From positions 1-44,384 of the forward strand of contig JAWXTQ010000001.1 of assembly GCA_044433405.1 (NCBI GenBank): DNA of 44,384 nt, read 5' to 3'. The stretch is from Rikenellaceae bacterium (lineage in GTDB: Bacteria; Bacteroidota; Bacteroidia; Bacteroidales; Rikenellaceae). The notes beneath the pieces were generated by a model that saw only the letters and a program-made list of their open reading frames with translations, searched no databases and was not told where the DNA came from. Positions 20,993 to 29,948 of the stretch are shown here, in pieces; within the stretch, counting starts at the first letter, position 1; every line of letters begins with the position of its first letter. A program made the translations under genes and the position numbers.

Positions 20993-21158
20993 GCATTTCA
21001 TATCAGCAAAGGTGGGGAAACCTGCCTAATAGCAAGGCGGGCATTTTTTATGCCTTGCCTCCCTATTATACCTGCACGTGGTTTCACCCCCGTGTGGTGT
21101 ATTAATGTACCCACTGCCTTTGCTGGTGAAATGCAACGGGTCAGTGAAATCACTTTTT
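20993..21158 (+). ncRNA. candidate structured RNA (sRNA or cis-regulatory leader), class not recognised
   Basis: An 18-bp closing helix (20993-21012 with a 2-nt bulge / 21117-21134) encloses internal hairpins and a possible loop-loop pairing (GGGGAAACC 21014-21022 with GGTTTCACCCC 21080-21090). A small hairpin plus T5 follows at 21143-21158. Confidence 0.45.
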
Positions 21159-21205
21159 ATATCTTTCACGGCCTCATTGTTTAACACTAAGACTTATTTA
21201 AGGCC

Positions 21206-21529
21206 ATGGAACAAAAAAACAGAGTGCAGTTTACAACTTCTCAAATCTTCATTTTAGAGCATGAAGAACAAAAAAGGCTCTACACCTATCTATCACTATT
21301 TCAGTATTGCTACCTACGTTATCCTAGCTACAATGAACTTCAATTGTTCAGAACACTAGAGAAAGACTTCAAGTTATTCTCGCAAGAGATGCAGAGTCAA
21401 TATGTTAAAGACCCCAACAATTTAACTTTAAGTAGGATAAATAAATTTTTCGCAGCTCACTACAGTAATATTAAACATCTTCGCGAAGAGATGGAAAACA
21501 CTACTAACAGTAGTGTTGATAATGATTGA
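21206..21529 (+). CDS. hypothetical protein (orphan)
   Basis: 107-aa ORF with an ATG start, directly downstream of the structured element. No recognisable motifs. Confidence 0.4.
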   Translation: MEQKNRVQFTTSQIFILEHEEQKRLYTYLSLFQYCYLRYPSYNELQLFRTLEKDFKLFSQEMQSQYVKDPNNLTLSRINKFFAAHYSNIKHLREEMENTTNSSVDND

Positions 21530-21593
21530 TATTTTTTTCGGTAAAGTCAATAGCTACAAGCACAATAAACCAAAGAGAAGTGAACACCCCAAA

Positions 21594-21771
21594 GCACCTT
21601 TAGGTTTAGCGTTAAGAAATTTTTGAAAAATTGGATAGAGGAAATTGAATGTTTGAAGCTCTCTCTAACCTATACTTCATAGGCAAGAGCAACACCAAAC
21701 ATCGCAGAGGAGAGCAAGTCTCAATTTCCCCAATTTTTCAAAAATTTTAGCGTTAAAAACCTAAGAAGTGC
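21594..21771. repeat. 178-nt imperfect inverted repeat forming a rod-like hairpin
   Basis: Arms include a perfect 18-bp pairing (AAATTTTTGAAAAATTGG 21617-21634 / CCAATTTTTCAAAAATTT 21730-21747), GGAAATTGA 21640-21648 / TCAATTTCC 21721-21729, outer GCACC..AGGTTT / AAACCT..GTGC, and an apical CCTAT/ATAGG hairpin. Confidence 0.7.
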
Positions 21772-21879
21772 AAGTTCTTTGTTTCTTTCTTCAAAGAAAG
21801 GAAATCAAAAGAAATGAAATTAAAAATCATATAGATGCAAAACCAAACCTCACCAATAGCAAACCTATTGTTCTACCTT

Positions 21880-21915
21880 AAAAAACTCAACCTGTCGCTA
21901 AAGGTTGAGTTTTTT
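21880..21915. terminator. bidirectional intrinsic-terminator-like hairpin
   Basis: AAAAAACTCAACCT / loop GTCGCTAA / AGGTTGAGTTTTTT, with an A-run upstream and a T-run downstream. Confidence 0.65.
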
Positions 21916-22112
21916 AACACCACGCCACCCTGCACTTTTTGCTACGCAAAAAGTGCTTTTAACGGGCGGTGGCGAGGTTGAGATCTGGACTGTCCTTGCG
22001 GACGGCAGGGGTCAGAGACCCCTTTGGGAGAAACTGCGTTTCTCCTGTGCATAGGCTCGGTGAATAGGGGCAACATCAGCACAAAAACCACCTAAACACT
22101 AATTCGTCACAT

Positions 22113-22155
22113 AAAAAATAGAGCTGCCTAATAATATTAGGCAGCTCTATTTTTT
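22113..22155. terminator. strong bidirectional terminator downstream of the TPR lipoprotein gene
   Basis: AAAAAATAGAGCTGCCTAAT / AAT loop / ATTAGGCAGCTCTATTTTTT, roughly 20 bp of perfect stem flanked by A/T runs. Confidence 0.85.
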
Positions 22156-22177
22156 ATTTCTTGTCTAAAGGATAAGA

Positions 22178-23866
22178 CTAGATTTCGAAGTTGATAAATT
22201 CTACTTCTTCTTTTGCTTTAGCTTCAAATGATGAATCTTTAGCGATTGCATCTTCTAGGTTTGAAGTTACACCTGATTGGTTACCTTCGCGAGCTGCGAT
22301 GATAGCTTTCAAGTAAGATGCAGAAGCTGAATCTTCTTTGCTAAGAATTGATTTAGCTTGAGATATGTTACCATTACAGAACTCAGCAACAGCTAGGTTG
22401 TAACCGTTAAGAACTTTAACAGCTGCATCATAGTTACCTTCTTGTAGGTTTACTAGACCCATGTTGTATTTAGAATCGCTAGTAGAGATAGAAGATAAGT
22501 ATTTTTTAGCTTCAGCAGTGTTTCCTTCGAATAGAGCAACAGCACCTAAGTTGTTGATAACTTCGTTAGAAGAAGAGTTCAATTGAGCAGCTTTAGCGAA
22601 TGAGCCTTTAGCTTCGTTGATTTCGCCCTCTCTTGCTAAGATAACACCAAGGTTGTTCCATCCACGGAAATCGCTAGCGAATTGTTTAGTTGCAGTTGCA
22701 TAAACTTTAGCTTTTGTAGCGTTGTCAGTGAAAAGAGTTGCGCTATAAAGTAACTCTTCAAGTTTAAGAGAGTTGATATCACCATTAACTTTAGCTTTAA
22801 TCTCATCATCAGAAAGACCTTCGATGTCTACGTTAACTTGTAGTTTAGAACGACGAAGTTCTGGAAGAATTTTCTCAGCTAACACTTTGAATACAGCAGA
22901 AAGATTTTTGATTTCAGCATCACGTTTTTGAGGATCTGAAGTCATAGCAAGGATTTGAAGAATCAAATCTTTTTGATCGATATCAGAAGCTTGAACTAAT
23001 GCTTTGAAACCTTCCCAGTCCTCACCAAGAGCGTCAATTTCTAGACCTTTGTAAGGAGTGTCATCTTTCTTAAATTTGCTAGTAATTGCTTTATCAGTAG
23101 ATTTACCACGGTTTACAGAAAGCTCATCGTTGAAGTTTAGAGGACCATCAGGAGAAGCGTAAGCTTTAGCAGTTACGTTGCTTACAGTTCTACGATATGC
23201 ACCTTCGTTCTCTTTGATGAAGTTTTGAAGTGTAGCAAGTTCTTCAGTAGAAAGAGCTTGGTTACGAACCACAGCAGAGTTGATAGTGTACATAATGTGA
23301 GCCTCTTCAGTAACAGTTGTGATACGTTTGAAGTTATCTGGAGCGATTGCTAATTTAGCAAAATCGTCAGCTAACAACTGAACTGTGCTAATGCCTTCAG
23401 CAACGAAGATATCGTCTGGAAGAGCAACAAATTCTTCTGAAGTATCAGCAGTACCCTCTTTAGAACACATAGCTTCAACTTTTAAGAATAAAGTAGAACG
23501 CTTAGCAGCAGGGATGTAATCGAAAGATACTGATTGAGTAACTTTGCTAGGAGTGCTCCATGCAACAACTTGGTAGTTATCGCTAACTTTTTCTCCTTGA
23601 AGGAATTTAGGAGTTCCTACTATTTCACCATCTGCATACTTAAGAACAGGAGTGATTTTTAGGATAGCCGTTTTTGCAAATACTTTTGCAGGGATATCCA
23701 AAGTGTAAGTTGCATCTACAGTAGAGCCTTTAAGAGACAAAATAGCTGGAGAGCTTGATACACCTACAGTGTCAATTTTGTTTGAAACCTTTTTGAAACA
23801 GTTACAGCTGTTCAACGCAAGAACAGACATTACTGCAACAACGCCAACTTTCAAAAACTTTTTCAT
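22178..23866 (-). CDS. lipoprotein with a degenerate OmpA-like segment and C-terminal TPR repeats
   Basis: 562 aa. Signal plus Cys (LALNSCNC), AYASPDGPLNFNDELSVNRG (OmpA-C-like block), and repeated TPR-like units (WNNLGVILAREGEINEAKGSFAKAAQL...). Confidence 0.85.
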   Translation of the reverse strand: MKKFLKVGVVAVMSVLALNSCNCFKKVSNKIDTVGVSSSPAILSLKGSTVDATYTLDIPAKVFAKTAILKITPVLKYADGEIVGTPKFLQGEKVSDNYQVVAWSTPSKVTQSVSFDYIPAAKRSTLFLKVEAMCSKEGTADTSEEFVALPDDIFVAEGISTVQLLADDFAKLAIAPDNFKRITTVTEEAHIMYTINSAVVRNQALSTEELATLQNFIKENEGAYRRTVSNVTAKAYASPDGPLNFNDELSVNRGKSTDKAITSKFKKDDTPYKGLEIDALGEDWEGFKALVQASDIDQKDLILQILAMTSDPQKRDAEIKNLSAVFKVLAEKILPELRRSKLQVNVDIEGLSDDEIKAKVNGDINSLKLEELLYSATLFTDNATKAKVYATATKQFASDFRGWNNLGVILAREGEINEAKGSFAKAAQLNSSSNEVINNLGAVALFEGNTAEAKKYLSSISTSDSKYNMGLVNLQEGNYDAAVKVLNGYNLAVAEFCNGNISQAKSILSKEDSASASYLKAIIAAREGNQSGVTSNLEDAIAKDSSFEAKAKEEVEFINFEI

Positions 23867-23939
23867 GTGAAAACTTGTTTAAGTAAATTAATTATATTAG
23901 TTATTATTTTTATCACAAATACAAATTTGCTAGATAGCG

Positions 23940-23947
23940 CAAAGATA
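23940..23947 (-). promoter_or_regulatory. candidate -7 box (TATCTTTG on minus strand) for the TPR lipoprotein gene
   Basis: TAnnTTTG match about 74 nt upstream of ATG 23866. Confidence 0.35.
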
Positions 23948-24153
23948 AGTTATTTTTTTGATAAATAATAATCAATTACTAACAAAAGTCGTATTGATTT
24001 TAGGTTCATTTATTAAAAGAATCTCAAACTTTGGGCTAATTAGCTTATTTATAAGATGTTGTTAATCTACTTTAATAAATAATATCTAGTAATAAATTAC
24101 GTAAAACATTACTTATTAAAGTAAATTTTCAATATTTATCAGCAGATTGACAA

Positions 24154-26367
24154 CTATTGACGTGGTTTTCTGTCGCGTGAGCCACCATTAAACCCACCTC
24201 TAGGACGCGAATCTCTAGGTGGACGTACTGGCTCAACCCAACCTTCTGGTTTAGGAAGTAACGCTTTACGAGAAAGTTTTAACTTACCTGTTTTTGAGTC
24301 AACATCAATTAGTTTCACCTCTACAGTGTCACCCTCTTTAATAGGTGTCTCTTCCATTGTCTCGAAACGTTTGTAGTCGATTTCAGAGATGTGAAGTAAT
24401 CCATCTTTTCCTGGAAGAATTTCGATAAATGCACCAAATGACATTATTGATTTAACAGTTCCAGTGTAAACTTCACCAACTTCTGGTACAGTTACGATAG
24501 CTTTGATACGAGCAACCGCTGCATCAAGGGCTGTTTTATCAACTGCAAAAATGTCGATTACGCCCTCTTTCTCAACCTCTGTGATTGTGATAGTTGCACC
24601 TGTTTGTTTTTGCATCTCTTGGATAACTTTACCGCCTGGGCCGATTACAGCACCTATAAACTCACCTGGGATTCTCATTTGAACAACTCTAGGAACGTTA
24701 GGTTTGTAATCCTCACGTGGCGCGCTAATAGTCTCTAAAATTTTACCTAAGATATGAAGTCTACCCTCACGAGCTTGCTCTAATGCTTGAGTAAGAATTT
24801 CGTATGAAAGACCCTCGACTTTGATATCCATTTGAGTAGCAGTAATACCATTTTCAGTACCTGTCACTTTGAAGTCCATATCACCTAAGTGATCCTCATC
24901 ACCTAAGATATCTGAAAGAACTGCAAATTTACCAGTTGTTGTGTCGGTGATAAGACCCATCGCAATTCCCGAAACTGGACGTTTGATTGGCACACCTGCA
25001 TCCATCAATGCTAATGTTCCAGCACAAACTGTTGCCATTGACGACGAACCGTTTGACTCTAAAATATCTGAAACCACACGAATAGCGTATGGATTAGCCT
25101 CACCTGTAGGAATCATAGGTTTTAAAGCACGGAAAGCTAAGTTACCGTGACCAATCTCTCTTCTTGAAAGCGAACGTGCTGGACGAGCCTCACCAGTAGA
25201 GAATGGAGGGAAGTTATAGTGAAGAACAAACTTCTCACTACCTTGGTTCAACACCTCATCAATCTGTTTTTCGTCAAGTTTTGTGCCTAAAGTAACAGTT
25301 GTAAGAGATTGAGTTTCACCACGTGTAAACACAGCTGAACCGTGTGCACCTGGAAGATATGAAATCTCTGACCAGATTGGACGAATTTGATTAGTTTTAC
25401 GACCATCAAGGCGTTTTCCTTGATCAAGAATCATGTTACGCATTGCTTTTTTAAGCACTTCATCGTGGAAGTAACGCTTAATCATAGAGCCTTTTTCAGC
25501 AAGCTCTTCTTCGCTAAATTGCGCTAGGAACTCATGCTCTACCTCTTCGAATTTCTCACTACGCTCATGTTTTGCAGAGTCGCTCATTGCAATTTCAAAA
25601 ACTTTATCATAAGTCTCCTTAATTACGCGCTCTTTTAACTCCTCGTCGTTCTTTTCGTGACAATATGTGCGCTTAACATCTTTACCTAGCTCTTTAGATA
25701 ATTCGATTTGAGCTAGACAGTGTTTTTTAATCTCGTCATGTGCAACTTTGATTGCCTCTAGCATTTCAGCCTCAGACACCTCTTTCATCTCACCCTCAAC
25801 CATCAAGATATTGTCATAAGTAGCACCTACCATGATATCAATATCAGCATCTGGCATCTGAGAGAATGTTGGGTTGATAACCCACTCACCTGAAATTCTT
25901 GCAACACGAACCTCTGAGATAGGCGCAGCAAAAGGTATATCTGAAACAGCAAGAGCAGCACTAGCTGCCAAACCTGCTAAAGCGTCTGGTTGAATATCTT
26001 TATCAGCAGAGATAAGATTCACAGTCACAAATACATCAGCATGATAATCAGCTGGGAAAAGTGGACGAATTGCTCTGTCGATAAGACGAGAAGTCAAAAT
26101 CTCTGAATCAGTTGGACGAGCTTCGCGTTTAAGGAAACCTCCTGGAAAACGGCCAATTGAGGCGTATTTCTCTTTGTACTCTACTTGAAGAGGCATAAAA
26201 TCGCAATCCTCTTTAGCATCTTTAGCTGCAACTACAGTTGCTAGCAACATAGTATCGCCTTGGCGTACTACTACAGAACCGTCAGCCTGCTTGGCTAACT
26301 TTCCTGTCTCGATCACTATCTGGCGTGAACCAGGTAGGTCGATAACTTTTTGTGTAAGATTATACAT
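24154..26367 (-). CDS. pnp: polyribonucleotide nucleotidyltransferase (PNPase)
   Basis: 737 aa. Two RNase PH-like domains, KH ([11 protein letters not shown]) and S1 ([14 protein letters not shown]) domains, and an Arg/Gly/Pro-rich tail. Confidence 0.95.
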   Translation of the reverse strand: MYNLTQKVIDLPGSRQIVIETGKLAKQADGSVVVRQGDTMLLATVVAAKDAKEDCDFMPLQVEYKEKYASIGRFPGGFLKREARPTDSEILTSRLIDRAIRPLFPADYHADVFVTVNLISADKDIQPDALAGLAASAALAVSDIPFAAPISEVRVARISGEWVINPTFSQMPDADIDIMVGATYDNILMVEGEMKEVSEAEMLEAIKVAHDEIKKHCLAQIELSKELGKDVKRTYCHEKNDEELKERVIKETYDKVFEIAMSDSAKHERSEKFEEVEHEFLAQFSEEELAEKGSMIKRYFHDEVLKKAMRNMILDQGKRLDGRKTNQIRPIWSEISYLPGAHGSAVFTRGETQSLTTVTLGTKLDEKQIDEVLNQGSEKFVLHYNFPPFSTGEARPARSLSRREIGHGNLAFRALKPMIPTGEANPYAIRVVSDILESNGSSSMATVCAGTLALMDAGVPIKRPVSGIAMGLITDTTTGKFAVLSDILGDEDHLGDMDFKVTGTENGITATQMDIKVEGLSYEILTQALEQAREGRLHILGKILETISAPREDYKPNVPRVVQMRIPGEFIGAVIGPGGKVIQEMQKQTGATITITEVEKEGVIDIFAVDKTALDAAVARIKAIVTVPEVGEVYTGTVKSIMSFGAFIEILPGKDGLLHISEIDYKRFETMEETPIKEGDTVEVKLIDVDSKTGKLKLSRKALLPKPEGWVEPVRPPRDSRPRGGFNGGSRDRKPRQ

Positions 26368-26408
26368 ACAAATCTTAAAAATTTATTTATACTCTGTGTA
26401 ATTTGCGA

Positions 26409-26416
26409 CAAATATA
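26409..26416 (-). promoter_or_regulatory. candidate -7 box (TATATTTG on minus strand) for pnp
   Basis: TAnnTTTG match about 42 nt upstream of ATG 26367. Confidence 0.4.
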
Positions 26417-26617
26417 CGTAAAGTTTTGTAATTCACCGCATAAATTTCCATTTTTTTTAATTATTTAGGCAAAAACCACATTTTTTCGTAGATTTTGTCG
26501 AGTTTGATGTCGATGACTCTGCGATTTTGACAACAAAAATACCTTGACAGGGATGGATATTGCAGCGACTAAACTGCGTCGGTAGCAAGTCCTTGAAAGA
26601 CCCATCCCAGCAGAAAC

Positions 26618-26669
26618 CGCGAAGCCACACACTTTCCTACAAGAGAATCCCCAGCGAACGCTAGTGAGC
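26618..26669 (+). repeat. dispersed ~52-nt intergenic repeat, copy 2
   Basis: CGCGAAGCC...CCTACAAGAGAATCCCCAGCGAACGCTAGTGAGC aligns with 5627-5677. Here a 23-nt GC-rich segment (CCGAGGAGCGGCAGCGACGAAGG) separates it from the T7 run. Confidence 0.8.
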
Positions 26670-26775
26670 CCGAGGAGCGGCAGCGACGAAGGTTTTTTTA
26701 CCAGTGGTAGGCTGCTAGGAGTCTTTTTTAGCGAATTGGCTTAAAGCCAAGAAGCTAAAAATGGCTCATAGTAGT

Positions 26776-28146
26776 CTAGCACGTGGTTTTTTTTCTAAAA
26801 TAACTCTTAATTCGCTTATTCGTAATATTTAAAAACACCACACACATTGCAATTTGGATTATCGTTGCCGCAGGGGTAGCCAAGCCAATTCGGAACAGCG
26901 ATACTGGCTCTATCAGGCTCAACACGTAGGTTAATGTTAAGCGCACTATTACCGCACCGACAACACCTTGAATCATAACATACATTGTTGCACCACTACC
27001 AGTAAGATATCCTGTTAAACAGAACAGGAATGCTACCAGAACAACATCAATCACATAGGCGTTTAGATATGATTTTGCAGCTGCTAATACTTGTGGGTCT
27101 TGATTAAATATACTTATTATTATCTCTCCATGGAATATCGAGAGATAAGCCATCAACAAGCTAGTGGAGACTGAAATTATCATTCCAACCTTTACGCCTT
27201 GTTTCATTCGGTTAAAGTTTCTAGCTCCATAATTTTGGGCTACAAAAACTGAAATTGATTGCATAAATGATAGAGGTATTAACATCATTGAGCCTATTAG
27301 CTTCTCAATCACTCCAACTGCTGCCGAGAATATCACACCAAACTTATTCACTATCAACATTACAAACAGAAAAGAAATTGATGTAAGTACACTTTGAAGT
27401 GCAATAGGAACACCAAGTACGATTATACGTTTTATATACTCCATATTTAGAGCAAAGGTACTACGATTCATCTTGTAGGTAAAGAGTGATTTTTTTCGAA
27501 TAATGTATATCGAAACAACGACACTTATAGTTTGAGCTAAGATTGTTGCTATAGCTGCGCCTGGCGCACCCATGCCACAATATGCAACTAATATTAAGTC
27601 ACCGATAACGTTTACCGCACACGCAATGGCTACAGCCATAAGAGGGGTTTTAGAGTCTCCCAATCCCCTAAAGATACTACCTAGAATATTGTAGGCAAAA
27701 ATCATTGGAATTCCGAGCGAGCTATAAAATATGTAGCCTCTAGTTTTGATTACCGCTGTATCTGGGGTATTCATCATATCAACGATTGCATGGTTGAATA
27801 TCAACATCAATGTCATTATAACTATCGACATTGCCATAAATAGCATAATTGAGTTAGAGATAACACTGCCTATTTCACTATCCTTTCGCTCTCCTCTTTT
27901 TTGACCTATAAGAATTGTAGTACCCATAGATAGGCCTATGCATAGAGATGTTAGTGTGTTGATAAATTGACTACCAGTCGAGACACCTGATACATCGTTG
28001 ATTTGGGCAAAGTTACCCACAATAAACATATCTATTGCACCATACATTATCTGTAAGAATAGTGCAAATAGAATTGGGATTGTGAATGATACTAATGATT
28101 TTGTAACCTTACCAGATATTAGGGCATCGCCCTTTTCTAACTTCAT
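26776..28146 (-). CDS. MATE family efflux transporter
   Basis: 456 aa, about 12 predicted hydrophobic helices, with the typical MATE N-terminal region (PILFALFLQIMYGAIDMFIVG). Confidence 0.88.
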   Translation of the reverse strand: MKLEKGDALISGKVTKSLVSFTIPILFALFLQIMYGAIDMFIVGNFAQINDVSGVSTGSQFINTLTSLCIGLSMGTTILIGQKRGERKDSEIGSVISNSIMLFMAMSIVIMTLMLIFNHAIVDMMNTPDTAVIKTRGYIFYSSLGIPMIFAYNILGSIFRGLGDSKTPLMAVAIACAVNVIGDLILVAYCGMGAPGAAIATILAQTISVVVSIYIIRKKSLFTYKMNRSTFALNMEYIKRIIVLGVPIALQSVLTSISFLFVMLIVNKFGVIFSAAVGVIEKLIGSMMLIPLSFMQSISVFVAQNYGARNFNRMKQGVKVGMIISVSTSLLMAYLSIFHGEIIISIFNQDPQVLAAAKSYLNAYVIDVVLVAFLFCLTGYLTGSGATMYVMIQGVVGAVIVRLTLTYVLSLIEPVSLFRIGLATPAATIIQIAMCVVFLNITNKRIKSYFRKKTTC

Positions 28147-28182
28147 TATTTTTTATTTAACGTTATTTTTTAATTGCGCCGC

Positions 28183-28190
28183 CAAAGTTA
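28183..28190 (-). promoter_or_regulatory. candidate -7 box (TAACTTTG on minus strand) for the MATE gene
   Basis: TAnnTTTG match about 37 nt upstream of ATG 28146. Confidence 0.4.
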
Positions 28191-28284
28191 TGTTTAATGA
28201 CTCAATAATCAAAATTCTTCACATCATTTATCTACTCATCACCCACTACTCTAACAATTAATACTTGTTTAAATGGTAGAATTA

Positions 28285-28316
28285 TTTGTTATAATAGATG
28301 AAAGTCAGTACTTTTG
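28285..28316 (+). promoter_or_regulatory. Bacteroidetes-type promoter for the C11-like peptidase gene (-33 TTTG 28285-28288; -7 TACTTTTG 28309-28316)
   Basis: Both boxes are present with 20-nt spacing, 44 nt upstream of ATG 28360. Confidence 0.6.
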
Positions 28317-28359
28317 CACCATTCATGCACTTAGTATTAAGTAAATTAAAAATTTATAG

Positions 28360-29760
28360 ATGAAAAATTTATTAACCTGGTATACCACCATTACTCTTCT
28401 AGCTATTGCCATCGTTTTTGCATCATGTGACAAATCACACGACGAAACTATCGATATCGACCAGACCGACTATGCAGATCACACCATTATTATGTATGGT
28501 TGCGGCGGTGGCGATCTTGACGACTTCCTCCTACTAAACCTATGTGAGATTGAATATTTTGGTTATACAGAAAATGTAAATTTTACAGCTTTGGTAAAAT
28601 TCTCAGAGAGCTACCAAGACCAATACCCTGGCACACGACAGATTACTTTGGAGCAGTCAGGATTTACAGATGTTCTCTATAGTGATGTAGCCTTTGAACT
28701 AAACGATCCTAGCAACATTGCCCAGTTCATTTTGGAGGCAAAAGAGAGAATGCCAGCAAAAAAATACACCCTGATCTTATGGAATCACGGCGGTGCTATA
28801 AGTGCATACGATCTCCCTTATAGCACGACAAAAGCTATCTGCTTTGACGACTACTATGAAAATACGGCTATATCTATTTTGGATCTTGAAGATGCTCTTG
28901 AAATAGCAGGAGGTGTTGACCTTGTCTATTTTGATGCCTGCTCGATGAATATGATTGAGAATGTGTATCAACTTAGAGACCAAACAAACTATGTACTTGG
29001 ATCGGCACATGTAACACCAGCATTTGGAGGAAACTATATTGAACTATTAGACGCACTAAACAACAATGAAGATATTGTAGATGCTATTGAAGTGTACATT
29101 CCTAAAGCTTTGAACCTTTGGAAAACTCTATCTGGGGAGAGTGAAGGGTTGGATTTGACACTTATTGATGTAACCTGCCTAGAAGAGCTTGTAGATTATA
29201 TAGCAATATATATTGACATGTTGATTGAACTTAGAGGGTCGTACCTAAACGGCAGTGAACAAGATGAGCTAGAGTTTTATTACTATAATGGCGACTCATC
29301 TGACTATGCTAGAGAATACTTCGAATCACAAGATGAAGATAGTTATCATTATTATTATAGTGAGGGTGGAATATTAAACACCTTCCCATACTCTCGCTAC
29401 AGCGTTGACTTGGCTTACGCGTTTGAACAATTCTCCTACCTTAATGAATATAACGTTGTGTCTACATCAATTATGGTAACATATTTAATGAATAAAGCAA
29501 TAAAAGCACAATCTTATGTTATTGAACCCAGCGCTACTATGTGTAACGTTAGCCTAGGGATCTGCTGGAGTTCTAACGAAGATTACTATACCGAGAAACC
29601 AAATGGAGCTAGACTAGCCGACGTCTACCCTCTTCTCGATTTCGAAAAAGCAACTCAATGGAGCAGATTTATTGAAGGCAACTACATGCGACCTGTCGGA
29701 ATAAGAGAAGAGCTAGATATCGAAACTGGCGAATACTATAATGTATATTACGAGCTATAG
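28360..29760 (+). CDS. clostripain-like (C11 family) cysteine peptidase lipoprotein
   Basis: 466 aa. Lipobox (IVFASC), with a His (LILWNHGGA) and Cys (VYFDACSMNM) dyad context typical of C11. Confidence 0.7.
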   Translation: MKNLLTWYTTITLLAIAIVFASCDKSHDETIDIDQTDYADHTIIMYGCGGGDLDDFLLLNLCEIEYFGYTENVNFTALVKFSESYQDQYPGTRQITLEQSGFTDVLYSDVAFELNDPSNIAQFILEAKERMPAKKYTLILWNHGGAISAYDLPYSTTKAICFDDYYENTAISILDLEDALEIAGGVDLVYFDACSMNMIENVYQLRDQTNYVLGSAHVTPAFGGNYIELLDALNNNEDIVDAIEVYIPKALNLWKTLSGESEGLDLTLIDVTCLEELVDYIAIYIDMLIELRGSYLNGSEQDELEFYYYNGDSSDYAREYFESQDEDSYHYYYSEGGILNTFPYSRYSVDLAYAFEQFSYLNEYNVVSTSIMVTYLMNKAIKAQSYVIEPSATMCNVSLGICWSSNEDYYTEKPNGARLADVYPLLDFEKATQWSRFIEGNYMRPVGIREELDIETGEYYNVYYEL

Positions 29761-29768
29761 TATATTAT

Positions 29769-29804
29769 CGGATTAAGCTTAGTAATTAAACTAAGCTTAA
29801 TCCG
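29769..29804. terminator. perfect 14-bp hairpin between convergent genes (C11 peptidase and the island operon)
   Basis: CGGATTAAGCTTAG / loop TAATTAAA / CTAAGCTTAATCCG. Confidence 0.6.
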
Positions 29805-29948
29805 AAACATTATTTGTTTGCTTGGATGTATTTCATAACGGCATTTGCAACCAACGTGCCGAGGGACATCCCTAAATTAAAATCTAACGTCTCAATATCC
29901 TGCATTGAGCTACTCGCTGAACGCCAAGACAATGGAAGCACAAAAGCG

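Noticed and set aside
20993-21134. Cobalamin riboswitch, suggested by GGGGAAAC and CCACTGCC strings with B12-dependent mutAB in the window
   Set aside because: The GGUG.AA..CC and B12-box context is absent. The downstream gene is not a B12 transport or biosynthesis gene, and mutAB lies 11 kb away on the other strand. By eye it also fails to match TPP, c-di-GMP, ZTP, glycine or Moco consensus.
21649-21750. 33-codon ATG ORF (MFEALSNLYFIGKSNTKHRRGEQVSISPIFQKF)
   Set aside because: It lies wholly within the 178-nt rod-like hairpin, so the palindromic structure is the more economical explanation.
21916-22112. tmRNA, RNase P RNA or SRP RNA identity for the GC-rich element
   Set aside because: There is no tmRNA tag ORF or tRNA-like ends, no RNase P GGAAAGUCCGG/ACAGAA blocks, and no SRP GGAAG/AGCAGCC domain IV motif on either strand.
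29810-29905. 31-codon minus-strand ORF (MQDIETLDFNLGMSLGTLVANAVMKYIQANK) between gene H and the terminator hairpin
   Set aside because: It is too short to support from sequence alone and has no recognisable motif. It could be a ninth small island gene but needs conservation or Ribo-seq evidence.
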